Shown: positions 43,766 to 46,742 of the stretch, piece by piece | Numbering within the stretch: position 1 is the first letter of the stretch | Layout of the letters: each line of letters begins with the position of its first letter | Assembly: GCA_038886995.1 (NCBI GenBank) | Contig: JAWALG010000002.1 | Span: forward strand, 1 to 46,742 | DNA: 46,742 nucleotides | Source: Candidatus Iainarchaeum sp. | GTDB taxonomy: Archaea; Iainarchaeota; Iainarchaeia; Iainarchaeales; DTGL01 | Direction: 5' to 3' | Notes under the pieces: model-generated | The model's input: the letters and a program-made list of their open reading frames with translations, nothing else | What the model was told of the DNA's origin: nothing | The model's database searches: none | Position numbers and translations under genes: made by a program

Positions 43766-44770
43766 ATGAGCACTAAAGATAGAAAGCGCGAACACATAAA
43801 AATTTCGCTAACACAAAATGTTGACTTCCGCTCTACCACTACATGGCTTGAAAAAGTGCTTTTGGAATACACGGCTTTGCCTGAGATAGACCTAGATGAT
43901 GTTTGCCTTGAGACAGATTTTCTTGGGAAAAAACTTAATGCACCTCTTATGGTTAGTGGAATGGTTGGTGGCATAGAAGAAGCAAAGCAGATAAACAAGG
44001 ACATTGCTAAGGCCTGTGAATCTCTTGGGATTGCCTTTGGTGTAGGCTCGCAAAGAGCGATGCTAGAAAATCCAAACCTAAAGCACACTTATTATGTTAG
44101 GGACGTTGCGCCAAACATCTTTGTTGCCGGAAATATTGGCGTGACTCAACTCAAAGAATACTCTGTTGAACAATTGGAAAATGCACTTGACTCTATTGGC
44201 GCGGATGCATTAGCAATACACATAAATGCAGCACAAGAAGCCATACAGCCAGACGGCACACCTAGTTTCAGGGGTTGTCTAAAAAAGATTGATGAGTTTT
44301 CCAAAAAGCTTAGCAAGCCAGTTTATGTAAAAGAGGTTGGGCATGGAATTTCCCTCAAAGTAGCGCAAGAACTTGCAAGAACTAATATAAAAGCAATTGA
44401 TGTCCAAGGCGCAGGTGGCACTTCATGGACAGCAATAGAATATCTGCGCAGCAATTTCACTTTCGGTGAAATTTTTTGGGATTTCGGAATTCCGACTGCA
44501 AGCAGCATAGCTGAATGCAGGAAAGCTTTCAAAGGAACTATTATTGCTAGTGGTGGCATACGCTCAGGACTTGATGCTGTTAAAGCATTTGTCCTTGGTG
44601 CAAACATTGCAAGCATTGCAAGGCCGGTACTCGAAGCCCAGAGCAAAGGCGGTTACAAAGGCGTGGAAAGTTACCTTAATAAGATAATCAAAGAGATAAA
44701 AGTTGCTTTGTTCTTAATTGGTGCAAAAAATCCAAAAGAAGCCATGGACCGTGGCAGATTGCAGCCCTAA
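43766..44770 (+). CDS. fni: Isopentenyl-diphosphate delta-isomerase, type 2 (FMN-dependent)
   Basis: RKREHIKISL opening, TIM-barrel FMN motifs KEVGHG, DVQGAGGTSW, ASGGIRSG. Confidence 0.85.
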   Translation: MSTKDRKREHIKISLTQNVDFRSTTTWLEKVLLEYTALPEIDLDDVCLETDFLGKKLNAPLMVSGMVGGIEEAKQINKDIAKACESLGIAFGVGSQRAMLENPNLKHTYYVRDVAPNIFVAGNIGVTQLKEYSVEQLENALDSIGADALAIHINAAQEAIQPDGTPSFRGCLKKIDEFSKKLSKPVYVKEVGHGISLKVAQELARTNIKAIDVQGAGGTSWTAIEYLRSNFTFGEIFWDFGIPTASSIAECRKAFKGTIIASGGIRSGLDAVKAFVLGANIASIARPVLEAQSKGGYKGVESYLNKIIKEIKVALFLIGAKNPKEAMDRGRLQP

Positions 44771-45585
44771 AAAACCTTCATTGCATCTTCTGTTTTAATA
44801 ATATCAATTCCAAAATTCCTTAAAAGAGAAATTACTCGTGCTTTTTCAGTTGAAAGCCCTTTTCTTTCAATTACAAAGGCCTCAACCTTTTCCACAGTGC
44901 AGTTAACTGCTTTTTCAACAGATTCTTTGTTTAGTGCTGCAAGGTAATGTTTTGGGCACATGTGAGAGAACCCAAATTTTGTTTCCAAAGCTATCTTAGT
45001 GAAATGTTGGTTATAATGAAGCCCACCAAAGCCGAGAACTGCCTTTGTCTTAACATTATAGTCAGCATTGACAATTGTCTCAGCCACTGCCTTTGCTGCT
45101 TTTTCATCAGACCACTGTTCAGTGCTCGAGCCAATCTCAATGTAAACTGTCGGCTTTTCCAGGTAAGGCCCATGGTGTGTTGCCTCATAAACTAACTCAT
45201 AATCTATACATAACTTATTTTTTAACATTTTTAGATATTGCAGATACGCTTTCATAACCGTAGCACTTGCTTTTACAAGCTCAAAATCTTTGCCGCCGAG
45301 TTCTGCTTTCCCCCAATTCCCTATTGGGTGTACTGTAAGCGAAGGTTTCTTAGATTCGGATGAGTGTTTTGAAGCAAAAACAAAAAGATCGCAGTTAATT
45401 TTGTCTACATAATCTGCAAATATTTGGTCTGAATTTATGAAATATAGCTTCATCCCCTTTTCTTTATTGTCATAAACAGAATTTCCATCAAAAAAATCTT
45501 CAGATTTTTTGAAACCCGACCTAAGGAGCTTCTCGGAGATTTTCATTCCCGCAGGGTCCAACTTAGATACTATTATAGCAATCAT
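44767..45585 (-). CDS. dtdA: D-aminoacyl-tRNA deacylase, archaeal DTD2 type
   Basis: MIAIIVSKLDPAG, THHGPYLEKPTVYIEIGSS, GGLHY. Start set at the internal ATG 45585 (the longest ORF starts at 45603). The stop overlaps the fni stop by 4 nt. Confidence 0.75.
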   Translation of the reverse strand: MIAIIVSKLDPAGMKISEKLLRSGFKKSEDFFDGNSVYDNKEKGMKLYFINSDQIFADYVDKINCDLFVFASKHSSESKKPSLTVHPIGNWGKAELGGKDFELVKASATVMKAYLQYLKMLKNKLCIDYELVYEATHHGPYLEKPTVYIEIGSSTEQWSDEKAAKAVAETIVNADYNVKTKAVLGFGGLHYNQHFTKIALETKFGFSHMCPKHYLAALNKESVEKAVNCTVEKVEAFVIERKGLSTEKARVISLLRNFGIDIIKTEDAMKVF

Positions 45586-45641
45586 AAAGAACGAGTAGCG
45601 CATTTATGGTTAAAAGCTTAACACCAGATACTTTGTTAAGC

Positions 45642-46406
45642 ATGGACACATTTAAGCTATTTGTTGTTGCATTTTTAGCAATTGTGATGGTTGCAATACT
45701 CATAGAAATTTTTGGATTGTTTGAACCAACTGTTGACATTGAAAAAGAAATCAAAGAACTGATTAGAATTGCTGAAGCACATCCAGGAAAGTACTACTCA
45801 AAGATGCTTCTCCTAAACGGCACTTTGATTGCAGATATATTTGAGAATGAACAAAGATCATTGATTTTCCTTTGCAATAGCCCAGCAGTTTGCTGTGACA
45901 TGGGACAAAACTGCAGAAAGCCACTCGAATGGGACAACACAGAAACATCAAGGTTCTTGACCTCAAAACAAAAAAAGCAAACATCTGTTTCAGCAAGATG
46001 CAGGTTCCAATCATTAACTATTTGCAAGGTTTACTTTGGACAAGAGCCAGCGCAAATCTCAATCGAGGGCTTTAGCATAGTGCCAACTAGTAGCCCCGCT
46101 ATTACCGGAGAAACGATGACTATTAAATATTCCCTAAAAAACACTGGCAAAACATCACTTGTAGTAACACCAGTGCTAAAGCTTTACGCTTCTCACATGG
46201 AGCTTTCAGGCGAGGGCTGGCTTTTCATAAAGGATTTTAAAGGGAAAGATATTGCACTCCTAAGCAACGAATCTGCAGATGATTCCATTGAATTTTCAAT
46301 AACCGCCCCGGGAAAATACAAGGTTGAACTTTTTGTTTATGAGGGCTACGACGAGACCAATTTTGACTCAAGGAGTTTTGAATTAATGGTTATTGAAAAG
46401 AAGTGA
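45642..46406 (+). CDS. Membrane-anchored Cys-rich protein with a CARDB-like beta-sandwich domain
   Basis: N-terminal TM FKLFVVAFLAIVMVAILIEIFGLF, a Cys cluster CNSPAVCCDMGQNC, then PAITGETMTIKYSLKNTGKTSLVV...GKYKVELFVYEG (CARDB-like). Start set at ATG 45642 (the longest ORF starts at 45606). Confidence 0.55.
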   Translation: MDTFKLFVVAFLAIVMVAILIEIFGLFEPTVDIEKEIKELIRIAEAHPGKYYSKMLLLNGTLIADIFENEQRSLIFLCNSPAVCCDMGQNCRKPLEWDNTETSRFLTSKQKKQTSVSARCRFQSLTICKVYFGQEPAQISIEGFSIVPTSSPAITGETMTIKYSLKNTGKTSLVVTPVLKLYASHMELSGEGWLFIKDFKGKDIALLSNESADDSIEFSITAPGKYKVELFVYEGYDETNFDSRSFELMVIEKK

Positions 46407-46429
46407 ATCGACTGCCAAAGTAAAATGGT

Positions 46430-46717
46430 TTAGCCCTCATATTTTTCAACGAGTTTACCAATGCCCAGAATTATTTGTTTTATGGTTTGCTCAAATTCAG
46501 TCCTCAAATGGTATTCCAATGCTGCAACAAAGTCCTCACGCTCAGCATTTGGCGCAGCATTTATGCAGTAACAGCTATTTTTCCTTTCAATAATGTGCAT
46601 GTCGATAAGCTTTTGCAAGTGATACCTTACCAATCTTTCAGAGGTTTTTATGCCTTTCTTCTCTTCAAGATATTTTTTTATTTGCTCAGCTGTTGGCTTT
46701 TTCTTCTCCGAAAACAA
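46430..46717 (-). CDS. Small winged-helix (ArsR/MarR-like) DNA-binding protein
   Basis: TSERLVRYHLQKLIDMHIIERK is a recognition-helix-like segment. TTG start close to the window edge, so the true start is uncertain. Confidence 0.5.
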   Translation of the reverse strand: MFSEKKKPTAEQIKKYLEEKKGIKTSERLVRYHLQKLIDMHIIERKNSCYCINAAPNAEREDFVAALEYHLRTEFEQTIKQIILGIGKLVEKYEG

Positions 46718-46742
46718 AAAATAAAAAAGTGCATCAATTACT

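Noticed and set aside
45586-45641. Divergent genes apparently only 2 nt apart (longest ORFs start at 45603 on the - strand and 45606 on the + strand), leaving no promoter space
   Set aside because: Both ORFs have better internal ATGs. MIAIIVSKLDPAG matches the usual DTD2 N-terminus (45585), and MDTFKLFVVAF... gives a normal signal anchor (45642). This restores a 56-nt spacer.

Overview
AT-rich, very gene-dense chromosomal segment of about 50 real genes. Many start/stop overlaps of 1-35 nt are present, and AGGTGA-type Shine-Dalgarno motifs sit 4-6 nt before internal starts. The host is an archaeon: TFE-alpha, aTrm56, Pus10, archaeal-type DTD2 and PGK, a GAN/RecJ-like DHH protein, an A1:U72 initiator tRNA and an intron-containing tRNA. 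Many metabolic genes are nevertheless of bacterial or eukaryal type: type I GAPDH, CoaD+CoaE, PPDK, class II HMG-CoA reductase, GT3 glycogen synthase and a RelA/SpoT ACT tail. That mosaic suggests a small-genome, DPANN-like archaeon, but this taxonomic guess is inference only.

Layout:
- 1-4323: information-processing genes and four tRNAs (a tRNA-Lys/tRNA-Pro/lysS/tRNA-Phe string, and the initiator tRNA).
- 4324-7141: AT-rich mini-island with TGTAA iterons, two orphan genes sharing a promoter-proximal 10-mer (one with an in-frame TGA), a PRC-barrel protein and a XerA-like recombinase.
- 7200-18079: glycogen genes (debranching enzyme, GT3 and GT4/5 synthases, GH57), then PGM, a GalT-like gene, GAPDH and PGK.
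- 18121-29719: Nudix, transglutaminase-like and coiled-coil orphans, coaE-coaD, DHH, GGPP synthase, Pus10, PPDK, MinD-like ATPase.
- 29856-32124: a Cys-repeat surface-protein gene broken by an in-frame TAA and an A8 frameshift.
- 32126-34264: a long ThyX-like gene and a HAD hydrolase.
- 34484-44770: the most striking feature. All eleven genes of the archaeal trans-anhydromevalonate-phosphate mevalonate route lie in one co-directional string: HMGR, HMGS/thiolase/DUF35, MVK, UbiX, UbiD-type decarboxylase, AcnX-type dehydratase L+S, IPK, IDI2.
- 44767-46742: DTD2, a CARDB-like membrane protein and a wHTH regulator.

No rRNA, CRISPR array, transposase or recognisable defence system was seen. All calls are by eye from motifs and hand folding. 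No searches or computations were run.
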